The translations under genes were made by a program, and so were the position numbers. The notes below the pieces were generated by a model. It saw only the letters and a list, made by a program, of their open reading frames with translations. It was not told the DNA's origin and did not search any database. DNA of 64,000 nt from Bdellovibrionales bacterium (lineage in GTDB: Bacteria; Bdellovibrionota; Bdellovibrionia; Bdellovibrionales; JAGQZY01), in assembly GCA_964230645.1 (NCBI GenBank), contig CAXRHT010000003.1, positions 544,001-608,000 on the forward strand, written 5' to 3'. Position 1 is the first letter of the stretch, and each line of letters begins with the position of its first letter. Shown here piece after piece: positions 9,723-19,227 of this stretch.

Positions 9723-10649
9723 TTAGCGTCCACGACTTTCAGAGTCCAATTGATCTACCAAAGTTTGAATCACATTGTCATTGATAAATATATTCTCTAA
9801 AGCACTCTGGCCCCGGTCCAGAGCCGCTTCTGCAAAACTTTCAGCCTCGGGGTGATTCAGGCGAAAAAGCTCAATCGCCTTTTCTAAAACCTGTACAAGC
9901 TCTTGGTAGTCAGGATCAGACTTACGATCAATAAAGTATTGTTCCACTCGTTTTAATGGGTAGTACACTTCGGGGAACTGATTAATTCTTCCAGTGGGTT
10001 CCATCTTGTTTTGGAAAATGTAGCCTCGAATCATCATGCCCTGAATTTTCTTATTCTGGATTTTAAAACGAAGGTAGTTGGCCGGGTCCACGCGCAAATA
10101 CTGAGTCACACCGGGTTTTAGTTCCAAGTTTTCATCATAAGATAGGTTTAAAGCCATGGAGAGGGGCTCAAGCTCTCCTTTTTGAATAAGCATATGGGGG
10201 GTGGATTGAGTGACCACAAGGGATCCATCGGATTTTTGGGCTAAGAGTAGGTAATTTTTATCTTTTGTATAAAACACACGGGTTTGAGCCTCGTCCTTGT
10301 ATTTTTTCTTAGCCCACTTTTCTAAAATATGAATGCCCTCGATACTGTTTTTGATAGAAACCACCTGCCAGTAATCGGGAAAGGTAATGTCGGTGAGACT
10401 CCAATCGAGCTCATAAGTTTCATTATAGTGTTGCAGGATGTATTGCAGCTCTTGCGATAAGGCCACGGCTTCTTGTTGCCAGTGCTCATGCAACAGGGCT
10501 AAACGGCAGAAACGCTGGAAGAGTTCCGGAGTCAGAGGTGTTTCCCGATCGCAGTGGTGAATTAAAAAATGGTAAAGACATAGACGCGCCGCATCTTTGT
10601 TGGGCTGAAAGGATAACATATGTCTTGCAAGATGGGTTGTTGTATTCAT
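9723..10649 (-). CDS. Conserved-looking hypothetical protein
   Basis: 308-aa ORF with globular composition, co-oriented with rluB. Confidence 0.7.
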   Translation of the reverse strand: MNTTTHLARHMLSFQPNKDAARLCLYHFLIHHCDRETPLTPELFQRFCRLALLHEHWQQEAVALSQELQYILQHYNETYELDWSLTDITFPDYWQVVSIKNSIEGIHILEKWAKKKYKDEAQTRVFYTKDKNYLLLAQKSDGSLVVTQSTPHMLIQKGELEPLSMALNLSYDENLELKPGVTQYLRVDPANYLRFKIQNKKIQGMMIRGYIFQNKMEPTGRINQFPEVYYPLKRVEQYFIDRKSDPDYQELVQVLEKAIELFRLNHPEAESFAEAALDRGQSALENIFINDNVIQTLVDQLDSESRGR

Positions 10650-10720
10650 AACCTATTAAAAGGATAGGGGTATTTTATGACTCCGTCCACCAAAATGTCC
10701 AAAGCCACTGGGGAGGATCA

Positions 10721-11239
10721 TTGAATCGTCGTTTAAATCCGGAAATATTTGGATCCCAATCGGGGGTGAGCGAGTCCAAAGAGGCCTCCTACTCGGCCGT
10801 AGCGGTTAGAAACCTAGAAGGGGAGCTTAAAAAGGCTCAAAAAAGAATTTCTCACCTAGAGAGTCTAGTGGAGGTGATGCAGTCGCAAATGGTGACTCAC
10901 CAATCCACTTCGGAGCGTCGAACCGATGCTTTTTCTAAAGCTCTTTCTGAACTTGAAGGCGAATTTCGTGAGCAGAGCCTTAAACAAAACCGACTCAAAG
11001 AACAAATCAACGAAAGATTCCGTGATCAACGTATGAAAGACTCCCAAATGGAGAATATGGTAGATCGCTTTAACAACAATCTCGTGCAGTTTGAAAACAA
11101 ACTCTCCACTCTGCAAAAAGTGTTATCAGAAAAAGAAATGACTCTAATGACTTACCGAAGAATCATGGAACAGATTGTTGATGAAGTGGAGAAGCTCAAA
11201 GCTTCCAGGCCTCCCTTAAGTCGCCGTCTGCATGAGTGA
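10721..11239 (+). CDS. Coiled-coil hypothetical protein
   Basis: RBS GGGAGGA, TTG start, heptad pattern. Confidence 0.7.
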   Translation: MNRRLNPEIFGSQSGVSESKEASYSAVAVRNLEGELKKAQKRISHLESLVEVMQSQMVTHQSTSERRTDAFSKALSELEGEFREQSLKQNRLKEQINERFRDQRMKDSQMENMVDRFNNNLVQFENKLSTLQKVLSEKEMTLMTYRRIMEQIVDEVEKLKASRPPLSRRLHE

Positions 11240-11957
11240 TTTTCTTTACATTTGCGATGATTTTGGGCTTTGTCCCAGTGTTGACCAAGCTATTATCGAG
11301 CTTTCCCAAAAAAACAAAATTACTGGCACCTCAATCTTAGTGAATAGTTTGGAAAGATTGAGCCAAAGCGATACCAAGGCTCTTTCCTGTCAAAAAGGTC
11401 TTCACGTCAATTTGACCGAAGGCCCCATGATGACCGAAAGCTTTTCTGAGCTGACTCAGGAAGCCTGGAGTTTGCAAACGCTAATTTTTAAAACCCTGAC
11501 GGGACAGTTAAAAAGAAAAGTTTTAGTAGATGAGATTAAAAAACAGATGCAGGTCTTTCAGGAGAAAGTGGGTGGGGTCGATTATATCGACGGCCACCAG
11601 CACATCCAATATTTTCCACCCATTTGCCAAGCCTTGCTAGAAGCTAAAGAATCCCTAGGCTTGAAGAGCATAAGGGTTCGAATGGGGGCCTTTCACTCTT
11701 ATCAGGGTTCTTTTTTCAAAAAAAAGATCCTCAATAGTCTGTGCCGTCAAAATCGCTTTTTATTCTCTGAGACGGCTTTCCAATATCCCTATGAGCTCTT
11801 TGACTTTGCCTTGTTTAAAAAGAAAAATCATTTTGTCCATCCAACAGAATTTATGCTTCATGTGGCTCATCCCGAAATTCCCGCTCCACAACTGGATCAA
11901 ACCAGTTACTCCTATAATGACCGAGTGAACCAATTTCTCGCTTGCCTAGACAGGTAA
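11232..11957 (+). CDS. YdjC/ChbG/HpnK family carbohydrate deacetylase
   Basis: DDFGL, GLHVNLTEG, IDGHQH motifs. Confidence 0.9.
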   Translation: MSDFLYICDDFGLCPSVDQAIIELSQKNKITGTSILVNSLERLSQSDTKALSCQKGLHVNLTEGPMMTESFSELTQEAWSLQTLIFKTLTGQLKRKVLVDEIKKQMQVFQEKVGGVDYIDGHQHIQYFPPICQALLEAKESLGLKSIRVRMGAFHSYQGSFFKKKILNSLCRQNRFLFSETAFQYPYELFDFALFKKKNHFVHPTEFMLHVAHPEIPAPQLDQTSYSYNDRVNQFLACLDR

Positions 11958-12011
11958 AAAAAACAGTCTTAGAGTTTAGTGAAATCAAACCTTTGTTCTA
12001 GGTAAAATATC

Positions 12012-13724
12012 ATGGTGATCCTTGGTTACAATTGTTATGTCTTTGATTCAGCGGCTTGTCTGGTCGTGGACGGGCAAGTTGTAGCCGCCGTACAAGAAGA
12101 AAGGCTCACGAGAAAAAAGGGAACCGGTGATTTTCCTGAAAAAGCCATTCAGTATTGTTTGGACTCTCAAGGACTGAGTATTGATGATGTGGATCATGTC
12201 GCCTTCTACTGGCAGCCTTTTTTAGGGATTCATCATCGCTTCTTTCAAATATTTAAAAACTTACCCCATTCTCTCAAGTTCTGGGGATCTCATTCAGACA
12301 AATGGTTATCCATGTTTTCGACTGAAAAAGAATTGCGAAAACGCTTTCCCTCTAAAAACAAAAAAGCAAAGTTTCAGTTCCACAATGTCCCTCACCACAT
12401 CGCTCACGGGGCCGGCTCTTTTTTTATTTCTCCTTTTGAAGAATCGGCTATTCTTGTCATGGACGGAAGTGGGGAGATCACCTCAACGAGCTTAGCTCGT
12501 GGTAAGTCTGATCAGATTGATATATTAAAGGAAATCCCTTTTCCCCATTCTATGGGCTATCTCTATGTATCCCTGACTCATTACTTGGGATTTAAACCCG
12601 ACAGCGACGAATACAAAGTGATGGCTCTGGCCTCCATGGGGGAGAGAAGTGTTTACTATGATGAGTTTTGCAAAATCGTTCAATTAAAAGAGGGTGGGGA
12701 ATATCGTTTTGATCTCAGCTATTTCAATTATCAAAAAGGTATAAAGGACCCTTGGGTGTCCCAAAAATTTATCGATATTATGGGACCGTTGAGAAAAAAG
12801 AATGAAGAGCTTGAAAAGCGCCATTACGATATGGCTTGGGCCCTACAAAAAAGATTGGAAGATGTCAGTCTCCATTGCGCTGATTTTCTCCACCAAGAAA
12901 CAGGCTTGGAGACTCTGTCCATAGGGGGAGGGTGTGGGCTTAATTGTGTGATGAACGAGGTATTAAGAGAAAAATCATCTTTCAAAAATATCTGGGCTGT
13001 ACCAGCCCCTCATGATGCGGGGACAAGTATCGGAGCGGCACTGTGGGTGCAAAACCACGTATTAAAAAAACCAAGAAAATACATCATGGAAAATGCTTAT
13101 TTGGGGCCAAGTTTCGGTGATAAAGCGATTGAGAGCGTATTAAAAAATCAGTCGATTCCCTTTACTAAACTTGAGGATGACAAACTTTTTGAAAGTGTTG
13201 CGGACCTTATTGCCGAGGGAAAAGTGATCGGTTGGTTTCAGGGGCGTTCTGAATTTGGCCCAAGAGCCTTAGGGAATCGTAGTCTTTTGGCAGATCCAAG
13301 AAGAGACGACATGAAAGACATCATGAATAAAAAAATCAAACACCGTGAGGCCTTTCGCCCCTTTGCTCCGGCTTGTTTGGAAGAGAAAGCAAAAGAATAT
13401 TTCATAGAGGGACGAAAACTTCCCTTTATGGTGTTTGTGCTTTCCGCAAAAAAAGAGATGGCCTCCAAAATTCCGGCCGTTGTTCATACCGATGGCACCT
13501 CTCGAGTGCAAACAGTAAATAAAACGCAAAACCCTCGCTTCTATTCCCTAATCTCAGCTTTTGAAAAGAAGACGGGAGTACCGATGCTGCTAAACACCTC
13601 ATTCAACGATTCCGGAGAGCCCATTGTAAACACGCCGGGCGAAGCCTTGAGAACTTTTAAGGCGACGAATCTGGATTGCCTTGTTCTAGGATCTTATTTA
13701 GTATTGAGAAAAGATATTCTTTAA
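12012..13724 (+). CDS. O-carbamoyltransferase (NodU/CmcH family)
   Basis: EERLTRKK, HHIAH, DGSGE, EYKVMALA, EFGPRALGNRS, RPFAP, VHTDGTSRVQ, LNTSFN. Confidence 0.95.
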   Translation: MVILGYNCYVFDSAACLVVDGQVVAAVQEERLTRKKGTGDFPEKAIQYCLDSQGLSIDDVDHVAFYWQPFLGIHHRFFQIFKNLPHSLKFWGSHSDKWLSMFSTEKELRKRFPSKNKKAKFQFHNVPHHIAHGAGSFFISPFEESAILVMDGSGEITSTSLARGKSDQIDILKEIPFPHSMGYLYVSLTHYLGFKPDSDEYKVMALASMGERSVYYDEFCKIVQLKEGGEYRFDLSYFNYQKGIKDPWVSQKFIDIMGPLRKKNEELEKRHYDMAWALQKRLEDVSLHCADFLHQETGLETLSIGGGCGLNCVMNEVLREKSSFKNIWAVPAPHDAGTSIGAALWVQNHVLKKPRKYIMENAYLGPSFGDKAIESVLKNQSIPFTKLEDDKLFESVADLIAEGKVIGWFQGRSEFGPRALGNRSLLADPRRDDMKDIMNKKIKHREAFRPFAPACLEEKAKEYFIEGRKLPFMVFVLSAKKEMASKIPAVVHTDGTSRVQTVNKTQNPRFYSLISAFEKKTGVPMLLNTSFNDSGEPIVNTPGEALRTFKATNLDCLVLGSYLVLRKDIL

Positions 13725-13750
13725 ATTTATAACGATTGGTTTTTTAGCAT

Positions 13751-15655
13751 ATGTGTGGCGTTTTCGGCTTTGTTCAAAACAAATCTTTCATTCGAAATAA
13801 CATAGAGTCGCAGCTAAAAACTCTGTTTGAATTAACTGAGCCCAGGGGACGGCAGGCCTCAGGTCTAGCTTTGGCGCAATCTTCTGAAGTGAATTATTAC
13901 AAACGCTCAGAGACGGCTTCAAAAATGATGACTCGAAAAGGCTATAAAAGGTTTCTCGATCGGAGTTTGGGGTCGTTTAAAAAAGACCAATTGATTGCAA
14001 GCCTTGGTCATTGTCGTCTTGTCACCGACGGCACGGAACTCAACGAGTATAACAACCAGCCTATTGCTGTTGAGAGCCTTATAGGAATTCATAATGGCGT
14101 GATCAATAACTATCATCAGTTGGCCAAAGACAACAATATAAGTCCCCAAGGGGGCTGTGACACTGAAGTCTTACTCGCAAGGGTGGCCCAAATTTATGAG
14201 CAGACAGAAAGTGGGGTCCAAGCTTTTCATCAGGTCTATAGCGAAATAGAGGGTGCGGCCACAACGGCCGTATTATTTCCGGAATCAAAGGAAATGGTCA
14301 TAGCCACGAATTTTGGCTCCCTTTATGCGGCGAAAACGACAGGCGAACTTTTCGTTTTTGCATCTGAGCGAAAAATTATTTCTGACTTTCTTAAAAAGTA
14401 TTCTGAAAAAGCCGAGATTCAACACTTTGTTCCCGCGCAGGGCGCTCGTATTGATTTAGCCACCGGCGAGACGACTTACTTTAACCTCGACTCAGCAGAA
14501 AAGACGCAAAAATCGGCAAGAGGAAAAGGGGATTACAAATTAATCAATCTTAATCCTTCGCCTAGCACTCTAAAAAAATGCAAACGTTGCATCCTTCCTG
14601 AGACCTATCCTTTTTTACGCTTTGATAGTGAAGGTATTTGCAGTCAGTGCCGGAAATATGAAATGCAAAAATTTAAAGGGAAAGAAGCTCTTCATCGTTT
14701 TTTCGACAAGTATCGTTCCAAAAATGGGGAAGTGGACTGTCTCGTGGGGCTTAGTGGGGGGCGTGATTCAAGTTTCGGACTTCATGTTCTTAAAGAAGAG
14801 TTTGGGATGAACCCTGTGGGTTTTTCCTATGACTGGCTCTTAACCTCCCAAAAAGCCAGACACAATATCTCTAAAATGGCAGCAGCCCTTGGGGTTGAGG
14901 TGATCTATCGTTGTGGTAATTACGAAGTGCAGGCCAAAAATATTCGAGACAATATCTATGGCTTTTTGAAAGACCCGGATCTTGGCATGATGACCTTTGT
15001 TCAAGCCGGCGACAAAGAGATGTACCACTATGGACGCGAGATCAGAAAAGAGGTAGGACTTGATCTCACCATCTGGTGCTCAGGCTACCAGCTTGAACAA
15101 AGAGAGTTTTTTATCGGATATTGTGGAATCGATAAAACTCTCGTAAATAATCCTAGGCTCTACGATTATGGTTGGGGAACAAAAGCTTATTTGGCTGTTT
15201 ACTACGGCCTCAAAACACTTAAAAACCCCTCTTATTGGAACCGATCGATTTTTGATAATTTCATGGCCTTTTGGCACTGTTTTGTGGCCAAAGATGATTT
15301 CCTTTACCTTTTTAATTATTATCCATGGAGTGAAAAAGAGGTGGAAGAAACCCTCAACAAAGTTTACGACTGGGAGGCTGACGAGGACTACGGCACCAAC
15401 CAGTGGCGCATGGATGATTTTCATACTTGTTTTATAAACTACGTTTATTACACTATTGGCGGATTCTCCGAGTTTGATGACTTTCGCTCCAATCAAATCA
15501 GAGAAGGGCTTATCTCACGCGATGAGGCCCTTAAATTAGCCGCCGAAGATAATAAAACTCGCTATGAATCTCTCAGGCAATTTTCAAGTATAGTGGGATT
15601 CAACTTAGAGCATGTACTAAAGCAAATTGATGCCCTTCCCAAGCTCTACGAATAG
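13751..15655 (+). CDS. Class II glutamine amidotransferase fused to WbpG-like N-acetyl-sugar amidotransferase (PP-loop)
   Basis: MCGVFG Ntn start, GHCR, HNG, DTE; then CKRC..C..C and GLSGGRDS PP-loop, SNQIREGLISRDEAL. Confidence 0.85.
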   Translation: MCGVFGFVQNKSFIRNNIESQLKTLFELTEPRGRQASGLALAQSSEVNYYKRSETASKMMTRKGYKRFLDRSLGSFKKDQLIASLGHCRLVTDGTELNEYNNQPIAVESLIGIHNGVINNYHQLAKDNNISPQGGCDTEVLLARVAQIYEQTESGVQAFHQVYSEIEGAATTAVLFPESKEMVIATNFGSLYAAKTTGELFVFASERKIISDFLKKYSEKAEIQHFVPAQGARIDLATGETTYFNLDSAEKTQKSARGKGDYKLINLNPSPSTLKKCKRCILPETYPFLRFDSEGICSQCRKYEMQKFKGKEALHRFFDKYRSKNGEVDCLVGLSGGRDSSFGLHVLKEEFGMNPVGFSYDWLLTSQKARHNISKMAAALGVEVIYRCGNYEVQAKNIRDNIYGFLKDPDLGMMTFVQAGDKEMYHYGREIRKEVGLDLTIWCSGYQLEQREFFIGYCGIDKTLVNNPRLYDYGWGTKAYLAVYYGLKTLKNPSYWNRSIFDNFMAFWHCFVAKDDFLYLFNYYPWSEKEVEETLNKVYDWEADEDYGTNQWRMDDFHTCFINYVYYTIGGFSEFDDFRSNQIREGLISRDEALKLAAEDNKTRYESLRQFSSIVGFNLEHVLKQIDALPKLYE

Positions 15656-15662
15656 TTCAAAA

Positions 15663-17249
15663 CTAGTTCGTAACTTTTTCCATTCTTTTGATGAAGAGGT
15701 CAGCTTCCTCGAAACCCGTTAAAGTGAGGTCTTCTCGAACCTCTCCTTTAGCATCGATAAAGATCATCGTCGGTAGGCCGTAGACTTTGTAGGTCTGTTG
15801 CCATTCTGTGAGTTCATCAAAAGGAGTGGTCGCATCCACTTTGAGCATGACAAAATCACGACTCTTTTCAATAACTGGTTTTTTACTGAAAGTGAATTTA
15901 TCCATCTCAACACAGGCAAGACACCAATCGGCGTAAAAATCAATAATAACGGGTTTGCCACTAGCTTTAGCCTCTTCGACTTTTTCTGGTGAGAATTCCT
16001 GCCATTGTGGCTTTTTCAAATTCTTTTCGATCTTTTGTTGGTCTTCAGGAAAAAGCTTTTGTACGAGAGGCCAAGCGTAATAAAAGGACAAACCAAATAA
16101 GCAAAGAGCTAGGAGAGTCTTCACGGTGTTCATCCAAGCACCCGAGCGCGGCAGTTTGCCTGAGAGTTGAGAGAAGGTGCCAATCAAAATAAACAGCATC
16201 CCAAAGCCCATGGCAAAGGTGAAAAGCAGGATGAAGCCTAAAAAGCTGTTTTGGCTTTGAGCGATGTAGGCTAAAACGCCTACCAAAACCGGACCGACAC
16301 AGGGGCTTGCGACCACTCCGGCCAAGAGACCCGAGATAAACGCACCCACAAAACCTTTGCCTGTGGATTTATTTGAAAGTTTGTCTCTCATAAATGCAGG
16401 CGCTTGAAACTCAAAGAGTCCAAGAAGGCTTAAGCCCATAGCAAAGAAAATCAAACTCATTAAAATAATTACGATGGGGTGACTGATTAAAGACCCAAAA
16501 AGTTGACCCGTCTGTGCCGCAATCACTCCAAGAAAGGCGTAGGTCAGACCAATTCCTAGAACATAACTGAGGCTGATAAGAAAGGACTGTAATTTCGATC
16601 TTTTGTCATCACTTCCTAGGACCGCTAGCGTTATGGGAATCAGGGGATAAATACAGGGTGTTAATGAAGTCAGTAGACCGAAAACAAAAATGAGAATAAG
16701 AGCGTAGGCAAGGTTGCCTTCAATTTGTTTCTTAATATAAGCCGTTGAAGCGATATCCTCGGACTCTACTATTTTTACGGAGTCAGTAGGAATTTTGCCT
16801 TCCACATCAACACTTAAGTTCACTTTTCTGGGTGTCAGGCAAAACTTCTTGGTACACGCAATATAAGTAAGGACCATGTCGAAGTTTTTTAGGTCGGCAG
16901 GCAATTGGCTCGGAATTTGGATCTGTGTGGTGATCGTTGCTTTTTTCTTAACACCCTTTTTCTTCTTCTTACTAAAGGTGTCCTCAAATTCCACAATCGG
17001 ATCTATAAACAGTTCACCTACCTGAGCCTGCTCGGGACTCTTTACCTTCAGGCGAAATCTTTCTTGGTAGGCAAAAAAACCCTCCTGTAGATTGATTTCC
17101 ATTTGGAAATCAGCCAATTCACCAGCGCGCAAAGTTTCCGTTTTGAAAAAGCCGCGGGCTGAAAGGGGATTTAATTTTGCAAGATCCTCTTCTGCGGCCC
17201 CTACTTGGATGGCCATCAAAAGCGGCATCAATAATGTAAAGAATCTCAT
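15663..17249 (-). CDS. dsbD: Thiol:disulfide interchange protein DsbD
   Basis: C..KFC N-domain, TPCIYP, SPCVGP, C-terminal DFYADWCLAC thioredoxin; start ATG 17249 gives a signal peptide. Confidence 0.93.
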   Translation of the reverse strand: MRFFTLLMPLLMAIQVGAAEEDLAKLNPLSARGFFKTETLRAGELADFQMEINLQEGFFAYQERFRLKVKSPEQAQVGELFIDPIVEFEDTFSKKKKKGVKKKATITTQIQIPSQLPADLKNFDMVLTYIACTKKFCLTPRKVNLSVDVEGKIPTDSVKIVESEDIASTAYIKKQIEGNLAYALILIFVFGLLTSLTPCIYPLIPITLAVLGSDDKRSKLQSFLISLSYVLGIGLTYAFLGVIAAQTGQLFGSLISHPIVIILMSLIFFAMGLSLLGLFEFQAPAFMRDKLSNKSTGKGFVGAFISGLLAGVVASPCVGPVLVGVLAYIAQSQNSFLGFILLFTFAMGFGMLFILIGTFSQLSGKLPRSGAWMNTVKTLLALCLFGLSFYYAWPLVQKLFPEDQQKIEKNLKKPQWQEFSPEKVEEAKASGKPVIIDFYADWCLACVEMDKFTFSKKPVIEKSRDFVMLKVDATTPFDELTEWQQTYKVYGLPTMIFIDAKGEVREDLTLTGFEEADLFIKRMEKVTN

Positions 17250-17385
17250 TGTTATATAATATCTGCTTCCAAAGGTGATTACAATCTCATAAGCCCGCTC
17301 TAGCATAGCCAATCGCGAACTGTCTACTGGCTACAAAAAAGGGGAAAGGTTTGGAATTGTTGGCTAAATAGGGTAAAGATGAAGG

Positions 17386-18231
17386 ATGAAAGATCAGACT
17401 GTGCTGCCGAAAAAGTGGACCGAATTCCCCATTATTGCCATTGATACAGAAACAAGTGGGCAGTACCCCATCCAAGACGACCTTTGTGAATTGGCCGCGG
17501 TGAAATCTTTGGGGGGTAAGATCATTGATACCAAACAAATCTTGGTCAAACCCAAAGAGAAGATGTCGGATTTCGTCATTGGCATCCATGGGATCACCAA
17601 TGAGATGGTCAAAGAGGCCCCTCCCATTGAAGAGGTTTTGGAAGAATTTATCGACTTTATCAGCGAAGGGGTCATTGTTGGACACCACTCTCCTTTTGAT
17701 CTGGGCTTTCTTGTTTACGATATGGAAAAACTGGGAATTCCTGTTCCCAAATATCCTGCTTTTTGCAGTAGCTTGATTTCTCGTAATGCCATCACTGGCA
17801 CACCCAATCACAAATTACAGACCCTCGTGAAGTATCTCAAGCTTGATGGTGGCCAGGCTCATAGGGCTCTTGATGACGCCAATGCCTGTCTGCAACTTTT
17901 ATTTCAGTGCTTTGAGAAAAAATCAGTGGAAACTTTTGAGGATGCCTTCAAATTGCAAGGCTCTCCTCTTTGGTGGCAGGATTTTTCTTTAAAAGGAAAA
18001 GCTTTACAGAGTCAGCAGTGGGGTAAAGTGATTGAAGCTGTGGAAAGCGGAAAAAATCTTGAGATTATTTATTCGGGTGGATCAAAGAAGGGCAAAAAAA
18101 GAGAGGTGAAGCCTCTGTCTGTTGTTTGTAGTCCAACGGGCGATTTTATGGTGGCTCTTGATCCTGAAGAACCTGAAAAGTCCAAGCGCTTTTATTTCAA
18201 AAAACTCGATGAAGCCGAAGTGATTCCCTAA
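17386..18231 (+). CDS. DEDDh 3'-5' exonuclease with C-terminal WYL-like domain
   Basis: IDTETSG, HH.PFD, HRALDDA; C-terminal LEIIY..REVKP..RFYF. Confidence 0.85.
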   Translation: MKDQTVLPKKWTEFPIIAIDTETSGQYPIQDDLCELAAVKSLGGKIIDTKQILVKPKEKMSDFVIGIHGITNEMVKEAPPIEEVLEEFIDFISEGVIVGHHSPFDLGFLVYDMEKLGIPVPKYPAFCSSLISRNAITGTPNHKLQTLVKYLKLDGGQAHRALDDANACLQLLFQCFEKKSVETFEDAFKLQGSPLWWQDFSLKGKALQSQQWGKVIEAVESGKNLEIIYSGGSKKGKKREVKPLSVVCSPTGDFMVALDPEEPEKSKRFYFKKLDEAEVIP

Positions 18232-18264
18232 AACCAAAATTCATCCGGTGTAATGATTGAACAT

Positions 18265-19218
18265 TTACCCGTTCTTAGAAATGGCTTCAGGATCTTTTTC
18301 GCCTTCAGGCAGAAGGGGAACCATATGAGAGTCTTCGACAGTTTGCAGCTCGCGCGCAATTTTTTCAGCGAGATCCTCGAGTTCGGGGAACTCATCGCCT
18401 TTTCGTAATTTAAGCTTGTAGTAGTTACCTTGAATATAGTTATCGATGAACTTTTCAAAGGCATAGACGGGTCCCACAATTCTGTGAGAAAGCTGCTTTC
18501 CTACCATAAAAAGAAATGCGGTGAAGGCTAAACTCACCGTGGAGAATGTGACGAGAAACGGAATAAGAAATTGATCGAGCAGCTCTTTATTATTCCCCAT
18601 CAGATCAATGACTACAAAGCGAAGAAAAGTGTAAGAGAAAACCCCGGCAATCAGAGAGAAACCCAGGCCACAAGTGACCAAGATATAGCAGTACCGCAGT
18701 TGAAAGCTTGGATGAATCCACGAGACTTTACGTAAGTTCTCTTTGGGCCACAAATTGTCCTGATCTTTTAAAAGGGCATGGCCCATCATTCCGTATCCAA
18801 ACCATTGCAATAAATCAGCGAGATTAAAAACACCAGTACTTAGGGACTCGTTTCCAAGGACAATAAAATCAACCACATGCCCCCAAACAATTCGATCAAT
18901 CACATTTCCTAGGATCCCCCCAATGAGAACCGACATACCAATTCGAAGGGTGAGTGAACGTGTGGGGAGGAGATATTGGAAGATCACAAAAGAAAAAAGA
19001 AGGAAAGCGCCTCCTGTTGACAGGGAAACAATTCTTAATACAGGAGGGAGGTCTGAGAAAAGACCCAGCATAGCTCCTTTATTAAAATGGAGTGTTATGT
19101 GAAAGTATTCCCAGTGCACCCGAGGTAAAAAATCGAGAATAAGATGTTTTGACAACTGATCGATGGCAATAACACTGAATAGAGACGTAAGAACCCAAAA
19201 CCAATCTTTTTTCTTCAT
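18265..19218 (-). CDS. lspA: Lipoprotein signal peptidase II with extra C-terminal 2TM+HAMP-like module
   Basis: DQLSK, N.GAMLG, GNVIDR..VVDF, FNLAD; then FQLRY-TM-TM-SHRIVGP..LRKGDEF. Confidence 0.88.
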   Translation of the reverse strand: MKKKDWFWVLTSLFSVIAIDQLSKHLILDFLPRVHWEYFHITLHFNKGAMLGLFSDLPPVLRIVSLSTGGAFLLFSFVIFQYLLPTRSLTLRIGMSVLIGGILGNVIDRIVWGHVVDFIVLGNESLSTGVFNLADLLQWFGYGMMGHALLKDQDNLWPKENLRKVSWIHPSFQLRYCYILVTCGLGFSLIAGVFSYTFLRFVVIDLMGNNKELLDQFLIPFLVTFSTVSLAFTAFLFMVGKQLSHRIVGPVYAFEKFIDNYIQGNYYKLKLRKGDEFPELEDLAEKIARELQTVEDSHMVPLLPEGEKDPEAISKNG

Positions 19219-19227
19219 CTCTTTATT

